DNA of 64,000 nt, taken from Rhodobacterales bacterium. GTDB lineage: Bacteria > Pseudomonadota > Alphaproteobacteria > Rhodobacterales > Rhodobacteraceae. Every line of letters starts with the position of its first letter. Positions within the stretch are counted from its first letter, which is position 1. Below, piece after piece: positions 27,677-41,383 of the stretch. A model generated the notes under the pieces. That model had not been told where the DNA came from. It did not search any database and saw nothing but the letters and a program-made list of their open reading frames with translations. The stretch lies in contig JBBQYB010000001.1 of the NCBI GenBank assembly GCA_038209095.1, forward strand, positions 10,502-74,501, written 5' to 3'. Position numbers and translations under genes: made by a program.

Positions 27677-29007
27677 GCCGCCTCTGGATCAGGACCCCGC
27701 TCGCGATCTTCGCCGAGGATTCTGTCAGCGGCATCGTCGTCGAGGGCGCGCGGATCGTGGAACTCGTTCCCGCGGGCGGCGTACCCGCCGCCCCCGCGGA
27801 AGTCTTTGACGCATCGCGCCACGTGATCCTGCCCGGCCTCGTGAACGCCCATCATCACTCCTACCAGACCCTCACCCGTGCCCACCCCGACGCCATCAAC
27901 TGCCCGCTCTTCCCCTGGCTCCAGGCGCTCTACCCGATCTGGGCGCTCCTCACCCTGGACGACCTGCGCATCGCGACCCGCCTTGCCCTGACCGAGCTCA
28001 TGATGTCCCGCGTCACCACCGCATCGGACCACCCGTACATCTTTTCGAGAGGTCTCGAGGACGCGCTCGACATCCAGGCTGACGAGGCCCGGGCCCTCGG
28101 CATCCGCATGACCCTCAACCGCGGCTCGATGAACCTCTCGGAAAAGGACGGCGGCCTGCCCCCTGACAGCGTCGTGCAGTACGCCGACGCCATCCTCGCC
28201 GATTGCGAGCCCGTCATCACAAAGCACCACGACGCCTCCGAGGGCGCGATGATGCAGGTGGCCCTCGCCCCTCGCTCGCCCTTTTCCGTTACGCCCGAGT
28301 TGATGCGTGGCACGGCCGAACTGGCCAACCGGTGCGGCTGCGGCCTGCATACCCATCTCGTGGAGACCCATGTCGAGGACGCTTTCTGCTGCGCCCGCTT
28401 TGGACAGCGTCCGGTCGATTATCTCGAGGATATGGGTTGGTTGGGGCCACGCACCTGGCTCGCCCACGGTGTGCATTTCGATAAGACAGAGATCCCCCGC
28501 CTCGCGGCCTCCGGCGTCGACGTCTGCCACTGCCCCACCTCCAACAGGACGCTCGCCTCCGGACAGTGCCGGACGCGCGAACTGGAGGCCGCCGGTGTCA
28601 AGCTCGGCGTCGACGGCTTTGCCTCCAACGACGGCTCGAACCTCATGGAGGGCATGCGCCATGCGCTGCTGCTCGGCCGACTGACCTATGACGCCACGCT
28701 CTCGCAAACGGATGTGCTGCGCTGGGCCACTGCCGGCTCCGCCGCCTGCCTCGGGCGCACCGACATGGGAGCCATCGCACCCGGCAAACAGGGCGACCTC
28801 GCGCTCTTTACCCTGGATGAGTTTCGCTGTTCCGGTGCAGGCGACCCGCTCACCGCCCTCGTGCTCTGCGGTGCGCATCGCGCCGACCGTGTGATGATCG
28901 CCGGACGCTGGACCTTCAAGGACGGCGAGCCCGTCGGCATCGACCTCGCCTGCCTGCGCGCCGATGATGGCCGCGCCGCCCGGCGCTTCCTGGAGAAAGC
29001 CGCATGA
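27673..29007 (+). CDS. 8-oxoguanine deaminase-like amidohydrolase (possibly decaying)
   Basis: PGLVNAHHH, HTHL, WLAHGVH, CHCPTSN, GVDG-x-ASND metal ligands are present; several non-consensus substitutions. Confidence 0.8.
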   Translation: MSRLWIRTPLAIFAEDSVSGIVVEGARIVELVPAGGVPAAPAEVFDASRHVILPGLVNAHHHSYQTLTRAHPDAINCPLFPWLQALYPIWALLTLDDLRIATRLALTELMMSRVTTASDHPYIFSRGLEDALDIQADEARALGIRMTLNRGSMNLSEKDGGLPPDSVVQYADAILADCEPVITKHHDASEGAMMQVALAPRSPFSVTPELMRGTAELANRCGCGLHTHLVETHVEDAFCCARFGQRPVDYLEDMGWLGPRTWLAHGVHFDKTEIPRLAASGVDVCHCPTSNRTLASGQCRTRELEAAGVKLGVDGFASNDGSNLMEGMRHALLLGRLTYDATLSQTDVLRWATAGSAACLGRTDMGAIAPGKQGDLALFTLDEFRCSGAGDPLTALVLCGAHRADRVMIAGRWTFKDGEPVGIDLACLRADDGRAARRFLEKAA

Positions 29008-29936
29008 ACCAAGAGCACGTCCCGCTCAGCCGGTCCACCGTGCTTCGCAGCAAGAATGCGTTCGGGGTCTATAGGGAGGGCGAGCCGCGGCCGAATTTCA
29101 CCCGCACATATTATGCCCCGCAAGGCGGCTTGCCGGCACAGCATGAACTGTTGACCGGGCGCGCGGTCTTCACGGAGGCCTACGCGCTGATCCCGCGCGG
29201 CGTAATGACCGACATCGTCACTTCCGCCCTGCCATTCTGGGAGCGCACGCGCGCCTGGATCCTCGCCCGGCCGATGTCCGGTTTCGCGGAAACCTTCACG
29301 CAATACATCATGGAGGTCGAACCCGGCGGCGGCAGCACGCAGCCCGACAGGGAGCAAGGCGTGGCATCCGCGCTGTTCACGGTCGAGGGAGAGCATCTCG
29401 TGACGATCGGGCAGGAGACATTCCTGCTCTCGCCCGGCCATTTTGCCTACATCCCGACAAACACGGTCTGGAGCCAGCGCAACCACACCGATGCCCGCGT
29501 CGTGTTCCACTGGATTCGCAAGGCCTACGAGCCAATCGAGGACCTCGGACCGCCCCCGCCGCTCGTCGTCAACGAGGCCGACGTCAAGAACCTCGGGATG
29601 CCGGACACCCTGGGCCGTTGGACCACCACGCGGTTCTTCGACCATTCGGACATGCGCCACGACATGCACGTCACCATCGTCAACCTCGAACCTGGTGCCG
29701 AGATCCCCTTCATGGAAACCCATGTGATGGAACACGGCCTCTATGTGCTCGAGGGCAAAGGGGTCTACCGGCTCAACAGGGACTGGGTGGAAGTCGAGGC
29801 GGGCGATTTCATGTGGCTGCGCGCCTTCTGCCCCCAGGGCTGCTACGCGGGCGGCCATGGGCGGTTTCGGTACCTGCTCTACAAGGACGTGAACCGTCAT
29901 CCCCGTCTGCGAGGCTTCGGGAGCCAGGCGAGGTGA
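29004..29936 (+). CDS. allE: (S)-ureidoglycine aminohydrolase (AllE/YlbA, bicupin)
   Basis: RAVFTEAYALIP, LARPMSGFAETF, ETHVMEHGLYVLEGKG, LRAFCPQ, YLLYKDVNRH. Confidence 0.88.
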   Translation: MNQEHVPLSRSTVLRSKNAFGVYREGEPRPNFTRTYYAPQGGLPAQHELLTGRAVFTEAYALIPRGVMTDIVTSALPFWERTRAWILARPMSGFAETFTQYIMEVEPGGGSTQPDREQGVASALFTVEGEHLVTIGQETFLLSPGHFAYIPTNTVWSQRNHTDARVVFHWIRKAYEPIEDLGPPPPLVVNEADVKNLGMPDTLGRWTTTRFFDHSDMRHDMHVTIVNLEPGAEIPFMETHVMEHGLYVLEGKGVYRLNRDWVEVEAGDFMWLRAFCPQGCYAGGHGRFRYLLYKDVNRHPRLRGFGSQAR

Positions 29937-30424
29937 GCGACCGGCGCATTCGGGCCCAACCTCTCACGTCTGCGGCCTTTGAGCCTTTCGGGGACGTGCT
30001 GGCGGCGGAAGGATCGCCCAGCTTCGCGTTCAACGGGGGCATGGCGCAGCGTTTCCACGATCTAGCCCGCACCGAATGCCAGGCGGGCGGACGTATCGGC
30101 GTCTCGATCGCCCTTTCCGAGCCCTATTCCATGCCGCTGGCCCTCACATTGCTAGAGCGCCATCCGCTGGGCAGTCAGGCCTTCTTCCCGCTGTCTCCCG
30201 ATCCCTTCCTTGTGATCGTGGCCCCTCACGAGGCAGGCGGGCCGGGGCAGCCGCAGGCTTTCCTGAGCGCCCCGGGTCAGGGTGTGAACTATCTGCGAAA
30301 CACGTGGCACGGCGTCCTTACTCCGCTGGGGCGCACCGCGAGCTTCATCGTCGTCGACCGGATCGGCCCGGAGGTCAACCTCGAGGAGCATCATCTGACG
30401 GTGCCCTGGACCGTCGAGATCTAA
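29933..30424 (+). CDS. allA: Ureidoglycolate lyase
   Basis: GTG at 29933 overlaps the allE stop; AFEPFGDV, LERHPLGSQAF, GVNYLRNTWH. Confidence 0.92.
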   Translation: MSDRRIRAQPLTSAAFEPFGDVLAAEGSPSFAFNGGMAQRFHDLARTECQAGGRIGVSIALSEPYSMPLALTLLERHPLGSQAFFPLSPDPFLVIVAPHEAGGPGQPQAFLSAPGQGVNYLRNTWHGVLTPLGRTASFIVVDRIGPEVNLEEHHLTVPWTVEI

Positions 30425-30567
30425 CCAGAAGGATGCTCGTGTCGTCGCCGCGTCAGCGGGGCGGTTATCACCTTGTAGACAGGTTCGGCGGAAGATCGCC
30501 GGTATCCGACGTGACGATGCGACGGTCACAAAGCCATGCTAAGGATCTGCCAGGAGATGCAAAGATG

Positions 30568-30840
30568 TCAGTGAATAGCCCTGCGACGATCCAGATTAGG
30601 GATAATGAATGGCAAGGCGGCCCGGAGACCGGGATCGCCCGCCATCGCATTCAGAACCGCAACCGTATTTCCGGCTGCACCTTCGAAGTCGAACCGGCAC
30701 CCGCTAAAACTGCATCCGACGAGGGACAGTTCCCCAGATCCTGAGTAGATCAGACGACAGTTTATGAACGCGCAATCCTTGAAGGACTGCCCGTCCAACC
30801 GGATGGTCTGATCTCGGTAGGTATTGACTGGAGTGGACAC
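30568..30840 (-). CDS. Hypothetical 90-aa protein with Cys-containing pentapeptide-like repeats
   Basis: FKDCA/FINCR/LIYSG and LVGCS/FSGCR/FDFEG 5-residue periodicity; protein-like composition. Confidence 0.7.
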   Translation of the reverse strand: MSTPVNTYRDQTIRLDGQSFKDCAFINCRLIYSGSGELSLVGCSFSGCRFDFEGAAGNTVAVLNAMAGDPGLRAALPFIIPNLDRRRAIH

Positions 30841-31228
30841 GGTTCCGACCTTTCGAGGCGCCTCTATCAGTATCGCTCGGCCGCAGGCACGTTCGATGCC
30901 GCGTGCCCGAGGCTCCCCAGACCGACTGCCCCTAGACCGGATCCTGCCCGGTACAACGACGATCCCGGGCCCGTGTTCCCAAAACGAGAAATATCATGAA
31001 CTTCTGCCTGCGTCCACGCGCCTGATCGCAGGCCGAGCGTCCCCGAGCGACGGAATTTCGATAATCCTTTTCTCATTCAGAGGTGTCCGGAGAAGACACG
31101 CGCGGTGCCAGTGGGCCATCCTTGACTTGGCGCGCCCCGGATCGCAAGCGGTCAGTCGGCGGAATGTGCCGGATGCTTAACGGTGTTTGGACGATCCCGC
31201 CGGTTGCTCAGGAAAAGGACCCCCGAAG

Positions 31229-32185
31229 ATGAGCCACCGCTTCTTTCCGCTGCGCCGGCCGCGGCTCCAGCGCAGCGAACTCGCGGTGCCGGCGTCGAAC
31301 CCGGCCATGATCGCCAAGGCCTCTAATACCGGGGCAGATTGCGTTCTTCTGGATCTGGAGGATGCCGTCGCCCCGACGGAGAAGGATCAGGCCCGCCGGA
31401 ACGCGGTGGCGGCCCTGAACGACATCGACTGGGCGGGCCTTGGCAAGACGGTGTCGGTGCGCATAAACGGGCTCGACACGCCCTACATGTACCGCGACGT
31501 CGTCGACATCATGGAGCAGGCCGGAGGGCAGGTCGATACGCTGATCGTGCCCAAGGTCGGGGTGCCCGAGGATCTCTATGTCGTGGAGGCCCTGGTCAAC
31601 CAGATCGAGATGGCGATGGGCCTGACGAAGCGGGTCGGTCTGGAGGGCCTGATCGAGACGGCGCTCGGCATGGCCAACGTGGAGGCGATTGCCCGTTTCG
31701 GCGGGCGGCTGGAGGCGCTGCATTTCGGGGTCGCGGATTATGCGGCGTCTATGCGGGCGCGCACGACGAGCATCGGAGGGCTCAATCCCGAGTATCCCGG
31801 GGACCAGTGGCACGCCGCGATCAGCCGGATGGCCATCGCCTGCCGGGCCTACGGGCTGCGGGCGCTGGACGGGCCGTTCGGGGATTTCCGGGATCCTGAC
31901 GGATTCCTGCAAGGCGCACGGCGAGCGGCGGCCCTCGGCTGCGAGGGGAAATGGGCCATCCATCCGAGCCAGGTGCCGCTCGCCAACGAGATCTTCTCGC
32001 CGCCCGAGGCGGAAGTCAGTCATGCCCGGCGGATCGTGGAGGCGCTGCGCGCGGCCGAGGCCGAGGGCCGGGGGGCCGCGGCGCTCGACGGGCGGATGAT
32101 CGACGCCGCTTCCGAGAAGATGGCCGCAAACGTGCTGGCACTCGATGCGGCGATCCGCAAAAAAGAGGCGGGGCCGGCCGGGTGA
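31229..32185 (+). CDS. CitE/HpcH family CoA-ester lyase, malyl-CoA lyase-like
   Basis: RLQRSELAVP, LDLEDAVAP, VRINGLDT, LIETALG, FGVADYAAS, DGPFGDF, GKWAIHPSQ; start at MSHRF (31229). Confidence 0.88.
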   Translation: MSHRFFPLRRPRLQRSELAVPASNPAMIAKASNTGADCVLLDLEDAVAPTEKDQARRNAVAALNDIDWAGLGKTVSVRINGLDTPYMYRDVVDIMEQAGGQVDTLIVPKVGVPEDLYVVEALVNQIEMAMGLTKRVGLEGLIETALGMANVEAIARFGGRLEALHFGVADYAASMRARTTSIGGLNPEYPGDQWHAAISRMAIACRAYGLRALDGPFGDFRDPDGFLQGARRAAALGCEGKWAIHPSQVPLANEIFSPPEAEVSHARRIVEALRAAEAEGRGAAALDGRMIDAASEKMAANVLALDAAIRKKEAGPAG

Positions 32186-32414
32186 CAGGGTCGGGACGCG
32201 GTGTGGCGCGTCTGTCCACGCGTGGACAAAACGCCATGTCATTGATATTGCAAGATTAAATGATTTCTCTTAACCAGTTGGCAAGATTTTCGAAACGTCC
32301 CTGGACCGATGGTTTAAGGGCGGGCTGTTGCGCCGCAGCACGTGGGGGAATTGATTCTTGTCCGGATACCCCCGAGGCGGTACTGCGGTCGGTGTCGCGT
32401 CAGGAGAACAGGCC

Positions 32415-33407
32415 ATGCTCAACGCAGCCCCTATCGTCACGATTTTCGGGGGGTCCGGCTTCGTCGGCCGCTACATAGCCCAACGCATGGCCCGGGCGGG
32501 CTGGCGGGTCCGGGTCGCCGTGCGCCGCCCCAACGAGGCAATCTTCGTGCGGACTTATGGTGCCGTGGGACAGGTCGAGGCGGTTCAGGCGAACATCCGC
32601 GACGAGGCCTCGACGCGGCGTGCCATCACCGGCGCGGTCGCCGTGGTGAACTGCGTCGGCATCCTGGTCGAGGAAGGCCGCCAGGGCTTTTCGAGCGTCC
32701 AGAACGAGGGGGCGGCCCGCATCGCGCGGCTCGCCACCGAGGAAGGCGCGCAAAAGTTCGTGCAGATCTCGGCGATCGGGGCCGATGCCACGAGTGACAG
32801 CGGCTATGCGCGGTCCAAGGCCGAGGGCGAGGCGGCCGTGTCACGGGCATTTCCCGCGGCCGTGATCCTGCGTCCGTCCATCGTCTTCGGGGCCGAGGAC
32901 CAGTTCTTCAACCGATTCGCCGCGATGGCGCGCCTGTCGCCGGTGCTGCCCGTGGTGGGACCCGACACGAAGTTCCAGCCCGTCTATGTGGACGATGTCG
33001 CCGCGGCCGCGGAGGCCGCCCTGACCCGCGACGTGGCCCCGGGGATCTATGAGCTCGGCGGCCCGGACATCGCGACGTTTCGCGCCCTGATGCGGCGGAT
33101 GCTGACGGTGATCCGCCGCAACCGGATGATCGTGGCGCTGCCCTTCTGGCTCGGTCGGGCGCAGGGCGCGGGGTTCGATCTGTTGCAAAAGATCAGTTTC
33201 GGGCTCTTTACGAACAAGCTCATTACCCGCGACCAGGTCCGGCTGCTGGCGCGCGACAACGTCGTGGCCGCGGGCGCACGGGGATTTGCTGAGCTCGGGA
33301 TCACGCCGCAGAGCATGGATGCGATCCTCGAGAGCTATCTCTACAGTTTCCGCCCCTCCGGACAGTACGCGACGATCAAGGATTCCGCAGCGCAGATGCG
33401 GGACTGA
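32415..33407 (+). CDS. Complex I NDUFA9 subunit family SDR protein
   Basis: TIFGGSGFVGRY, VILRPSIVFG, FQPVYVDDVA; ATG 32415 behind AGGAG. Confidence 0.9.
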   Translation: MLNAAPIVTIFGGSGFVGRYIAQRMARAGWRVRVAVRRPNEAIFVRTYGAVGQVEAVQANIRDEASTRRAITGAVAVVNCVGILVEEGRQGFSSVQNEGAARIARLATEEGAQKFVQISAIGADATSDSGYARSKAEGEAAVSRAFPAAVILRPSIVFGAEDQFFNRFAAMARLSPVLPVVGPDTKFQPVYVDDVAAAAEAALTRDVAPGIYELGGPDIATFRALMRRMLTVIRRNRMIVALPFWLGRAQGAGFDLLQKISFGLFTNKLITRDQVRLLARDNVVAAGARGFAELGITPQSMDAILESYLYSFRPSGQYATIKDSAAQMRD

Positions 33408-33410
33408 CCC

Positions 33411-34232
33411 ATGGCCGAGCAATCCATCGCCGTGGCGGCCCTCCTCGGCGTGCTCGAGGGGCTGACCGAATTCATTCCGGTCTCCTCCACCGGGCACATC
33501 CTTCTGGCGGGGCATTTCCTCGGCTTCGAGTCCACCGGCAAGACCTTCGAGGTGCTGATCCAGTTCGGGGCGATCCTCGCGATCCTGTCGGTCTATTTCG
33601 TCCGGCTGCTCGGGATCGCGCGGGATCTGCCGACCGATCCAAAGACGCGGCGATTCGTGGCCGGCATCCTGCTGGCCTTTCTGCCTGCGGCCGTCCTGGG
33701 CGCGCTCGGGCACGAGATCATCAAGACGGTGCTGTTCGAGACGCCGGTCCTGATCGCGGTGATGCTGATCCTCGGCGGGATCATTCTGATCTGGGCGGAC
33801 CGCCGCACGGCGGCCCCACGCTTTGATGACGTCATGGAGTTTCCGCTGAGCCTGTCGTTCAAGATCGGACTCGTGCAGTGCCTGGCTCTCGTTCCGGGCG
33901 TCTCGCGGTCGGGCTCGACAATCGTCGGCGCGCTGCTGCTCGGGGCCGACAAGCGGTCGGCGGCGGAATTTTCGTTCTTTCTGTCGATGCCCACCATGGC
34001 GGGGGCATTCACATACGATCTGTTCCAGAACCGCGACGTGCTGACCTTCGACGACGCGGCGGTGATCGCCGTGGGATTCGTCACGGCTTTCATCGCCGCG
34101 ATCTTCGTGGTGCGGCGTCTGCTCGATTTCGTGTCGCGCCGGGGCTATGCGTTTTTCGGATGGTGGCGCATCGTCGTCGGATCCGCGGCATTGCTGGGGC
34201 TCTGGGCGACCGGCGGGGTGGCGCCGGTCTGA
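33411..34232 (+). CDS. uppP: Undecaprenyl-diphosphate phosphatase
   Basis: [33 protein letters not shown]. Confidence 0.96.
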   Translation: MAEQSIAVAALLGVLEGLTEFIPVSSTGHILLAGHFLGFESTGKTFEVLIQFGAILAILSVYFVRLLGIARDLPTDPKTRRFVAGILLAFLPAAVLGALGHEIIKTVLFETPVLIAVMLILGGIILIWADRRTAAPRFDDVMEFPLSLSFKIGLVQCLALVPGVSRSGSTIVGALLLGADKRSAAEFSFFLSMPTMAGAFTYDLFQNRDVLTFDDAAVIAVGFVTAFIAAIFVVRRLLDFVSRRGYAFFGWWRIVVGSAALLGLWATGGVAPV

Positions 34233-34423
34233 TAAAGGTCAGTTCACCTTCCCTTTCTGGTTCGACTGAGCCAGGCGCTCGATCGTTTCGTGAAATTTCC
34301 GCCGTGAGATAGGTCAGTACAAATGACTTTTCTTTGCCGCAGGCTTGGTGTAGCGGTCTTTCCTAGATCAAAAGCGCCCTGGCAGGGCAATTTTCTGTCG
34401 CATGGATATGACTGGGGGACGCG

Positions 34424-35860
34424 ATGGCCGGCAATGTCATGCTCAGGTTCGTCAAGGTAGGACGGGACATGCCGATGAAACGGGGCGCGATTGAACGCAC
34501 CGAGGATTTCGGCGAGATTTACCGGCAGTTCGCGGCCGAGAAGGCCGCCGAGCAATCGAGCCGGTGCAGCCAGTGCGGCGTGCCCTATTGCCAGACCCAT
34601 TGCCCACTGCACAACAATATCCCCGACTGGCTGAAGCTGACCGCCGAGGGCCGTCTCGAGGAGGCCTACGAGATCAGCCAGTCGACCAACACCTTTCCGG
34701 AGATCTGCGGCCGCATCTGCCCGCAGGATCGCCTATGCGAGGGCAACTGCGTGATCGAGCAGTCGGGGCACGGCACGGTGACCATCGGCGCGGTCGAGAA
34801 ATACATCACCGACACCGCCTGGGAGCAGGGCTGGGTGAAACCGATCCAGCCGCGCCGGGAGCGTCCCGAGAGCGTAGGGATCATCGGCGCGGGACCGGGC
34901 GGGCTCGCGGCCGCGGACATGCTGCGTCGAGCCGGCGTGCAGGTGACGGTCTACGACCGCTATGACCGCGCAGGTGGGCTGATGACCTACGGCATCCCCG
35001 GTTTCAAGCTTGAGAAGGACGTGGTCATGCGCCGCAACGCGCAATTGACCGACGGCGGCGTCGCCTTGCGACTGAACTGCACGGTTGGGGTCGACATCGG
35101 GTTCGAGGAGATCCGCGCGGCACATGAAGCGGTGCTGATCGCCACGGGCGTCTACAAGAACCGCGATCTCGGCGGACCGGGGTCGGGGATCGAGGGTCTG
35201 GTGCCGGCCATCGATTTTCTGACGGCGTCGAACCGCAAAGGGTTCGGCGACGACGTGCCGGCGTTCGAAAGCGGCGCGCTGAATGCCGAAGGCAAGGCCG
35301 TGGTGGTCATCGGCGGCGGCGACACGGCGATGGATTGCGTGCGGACGGCGATCCGGCAGGGCGCGAAATCGGTCAAGTGCCTCTATCGGCGCGACCGGGC
35401 CAACATGCCGGGCAGCCTGCGCGAGGTGGCGAACGCCGAGGAGGAGGGCGTGGAGTTCGTCTGGCTGACGATGCCGCGCGGCTTCATCGGCGAGGGTAGG
35501 GTCACGGGCGTGCGGGTGGCGCGCATGCGGCTGGGCGCGCCCGACGCGACGGGGCGGCAGGCCCCGGAGGAGATCCCGGACGCGGATTACACGGAACCCG
35601 CCGATCTGGTGATCAAGGCGCTGGGATTCGAGCCGGAGGACCTGCCGGGGCTCTGGGGCGTGCCGGAACTGGCGGTGACCCGCTGGGGCACGATCAAGGC
35701 CGATTTCGAGACGAAGGAGACCAGCCTGCCCGGCGTCTATGCGGTCGGCGACATCGTGCGCGGCGCGAGCCTGGTTGTCTGGGCGATTAGGGACGGGCGC
35801 GAGGCCGCGGAGAGCATCCTGCGCCGGCTGGACCGGGGTGCGAGCCTCGCCGCGGAATGA
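34424..35860 (+). CDS. gltD: Glutamate synthase small subunit
   Basis: RCSQCGVPYCQTHCP, GRICPQDRLCEGNC, GAGPGG, GGGDTAMDC. Confidence 0.96.
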   Translation: MAGNVMLRFVKVGRDMPMKRGAIERTEDFGEIYRQFAAEKAAEQSSRCSQCGVPYCQTHCPLHNNIPDWLKLTAEGRLEEAYEISQSTNTFPEICGRICPQDRLCEGNCVIEQSGHGTVTIGAVEKYITDTAWEQGWVKPIQPRRERPESVGIIGAGPGGLAAADMLRRAGVQVTVYDRYDRAGGLMTYGIPGFKLEKDVVMRRNAQLTDGGVALRLNCTVGVDIGFEEIRAAHEAVLIATGVYKNRDLGGPGSGIEGLVPAIDFLTASNRKGFGDDVPAFESGALNAEGKAVVVIGGGDTAMDCVRTAIRQGAKSVKCLYRRDRANMPGSLREVANAEEEGVEFVWLTMPRGFIGEGRVTGVRVARMRLGAPDATGRQAPEEIPDADYTEPADLVIKALGFEPEDLPGLWGVPELAVTRWGTIKADFETKETSLPGVYAVGDIVRGASLVVWAIRDGREAAESILRRLDRGASLAAE

Positions 35861-35951
35861 GACCGGGGGCGTGCCGAACCGGCCGCGCCCCGCAAGCTGA
35901 CCTGTCGATCGGGCGGTGCGCCGTCCGTGAGCCGATCCGAGGGAGACCGCA

Positions 35952-40475
<4,524 letters not shown>

Positions 40476-40559
40476 GGGCGTGACGCCGCCTTCCGGGACC
40501 GGTTAGCGGCGGACGGGGCCGGTGCCGTCTAGAGGGCATCCTGGTTCGGAAGGGCTGTC

Positions 40560-41300
40560 TTGCGTGCGATCAGTCGCCTGATAGTCCGGACATGGCGGCT
40601 GGTCCTGCGGAGCCTGTTCGGGGCGCTGGCCTTGGCCATGTTGGTCACGATGGTGCTAAGGTTCGTGAACCCGTCGCTGAACTGGCACATGGTGTCGGAG
40701 TGGCAACGGCTGGGGGCCATCGACCGGGACTGGGTGCCTCTTGGCGCGATGTCGGAGCATCTGCCGCTCAGCGCCGTGGCGGCGGAGGACGCGAATTTCT
40801 GCCGGCATTGGGGCTTTGATCTCGATGGGATCCGGGCAGCACTGGCGGACACGGACAGGCTGCGTGGGGGATCGACCATCAGCCAGCAGGTGGCCAAGAA
40901 CGTGTTCCTGTGGCAAGGGCGATCCTGGACGCGCAAGGGGCTGGAAGCGGGGTTCACGCTGCTCATAGAGACGCTGTGGACCAAGCGACGCATCCTCGAG
41001 GTTTATCTCAATGTCGCCGAATTCGATGCAGGCGTCTTTGGGGTCGAGGCGGCGGCGCAGCACTATTGGGGGTTGCCGGCGGCAGATCTGGGACCACGTC
41101 GGGCGGCGCGGCTGATGGCGGTCCTGCCTGACCCGAAAGGGCGCTCGCCGGTCTCGGGCACGGGGTTCATCGCCCGGCGGGGAGCGGCCATCGAGAGCGG
41201 GGCGGGAACGATCCTGGCGGACGGGCGCGCGGCGTGTTTCCTCCGGGCGGCGGTACTGGGTCATGTGATCGCGGTCTTCGGGCAGGCTGTGGAGACGTAA
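40560..41300 (+). CDS. mtgA: Monofunctional peptidoglycan transglycosylase
   Basis: EDANFCRHWGFD, RGGSTISQQVAKN, RILEVYLN; start uncertain. Confidence 0.92.
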   Translation: MRAISRLIVRTWRLVLRSLFGALALAMLVTMVLRFVNPSLNWHMVSEWQRLGAIDRDWVPLGAMSEHLPLSAVAAEDANFCRHWGFDLDGIRAALADTDRLRGGSTISQQVAKNVFLWQGRSWTRKGLEAGFTLLIETLWTKRRILEVYLNVAEFDAGVFGVEAAAQHYWGLPAADLGPRRAARLMAVLPDPKGRSPVSGTGFIARRGAAIESGAGTILADGRAACFLRAAVLGHVIAVFGQAVET

Positions 41301-41383
41301 ACCGCTCGGGGCAACATCCTTCGGGTTGAAAGCGCGGCGTTTTGGGTCGATAACACGCCGGTGATCCGCCAAGGGGCAGTCGA

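Noticed and set aside
30867-31076. 69-aa Gly-rich ORF upstream of the pentapeptide-like gene
   Set aside because: No RBS or recognisable motif; competing ORFs on both strands are equally weak.
31063-31090. dif-like site (AATTTCGATAA-TCCTTT-TCTCATTCAGA)
   Set aside because: The XerD arm is far from TTATGTTAAAT, and the skew polarity here is opposite to that expected at a terminus.
32213-32295. TGT-N10-ACA as a NifA UAS with a sigma54 promoter (TGGCAAGATTTTCGA), or as parS
   Set aside because: The -12 position reads GA, not the invariant GC, and no nif genes are present. The palindrome does not match the TGTTNCACGTGAAACA parS register.
32186-32414. Possible tRNA upstream of the NDUFA9-like gene
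   Set aside because: No cloverleaf, TTC(G/A)A T-loop in correct context, or CCA end could be built on either strand.
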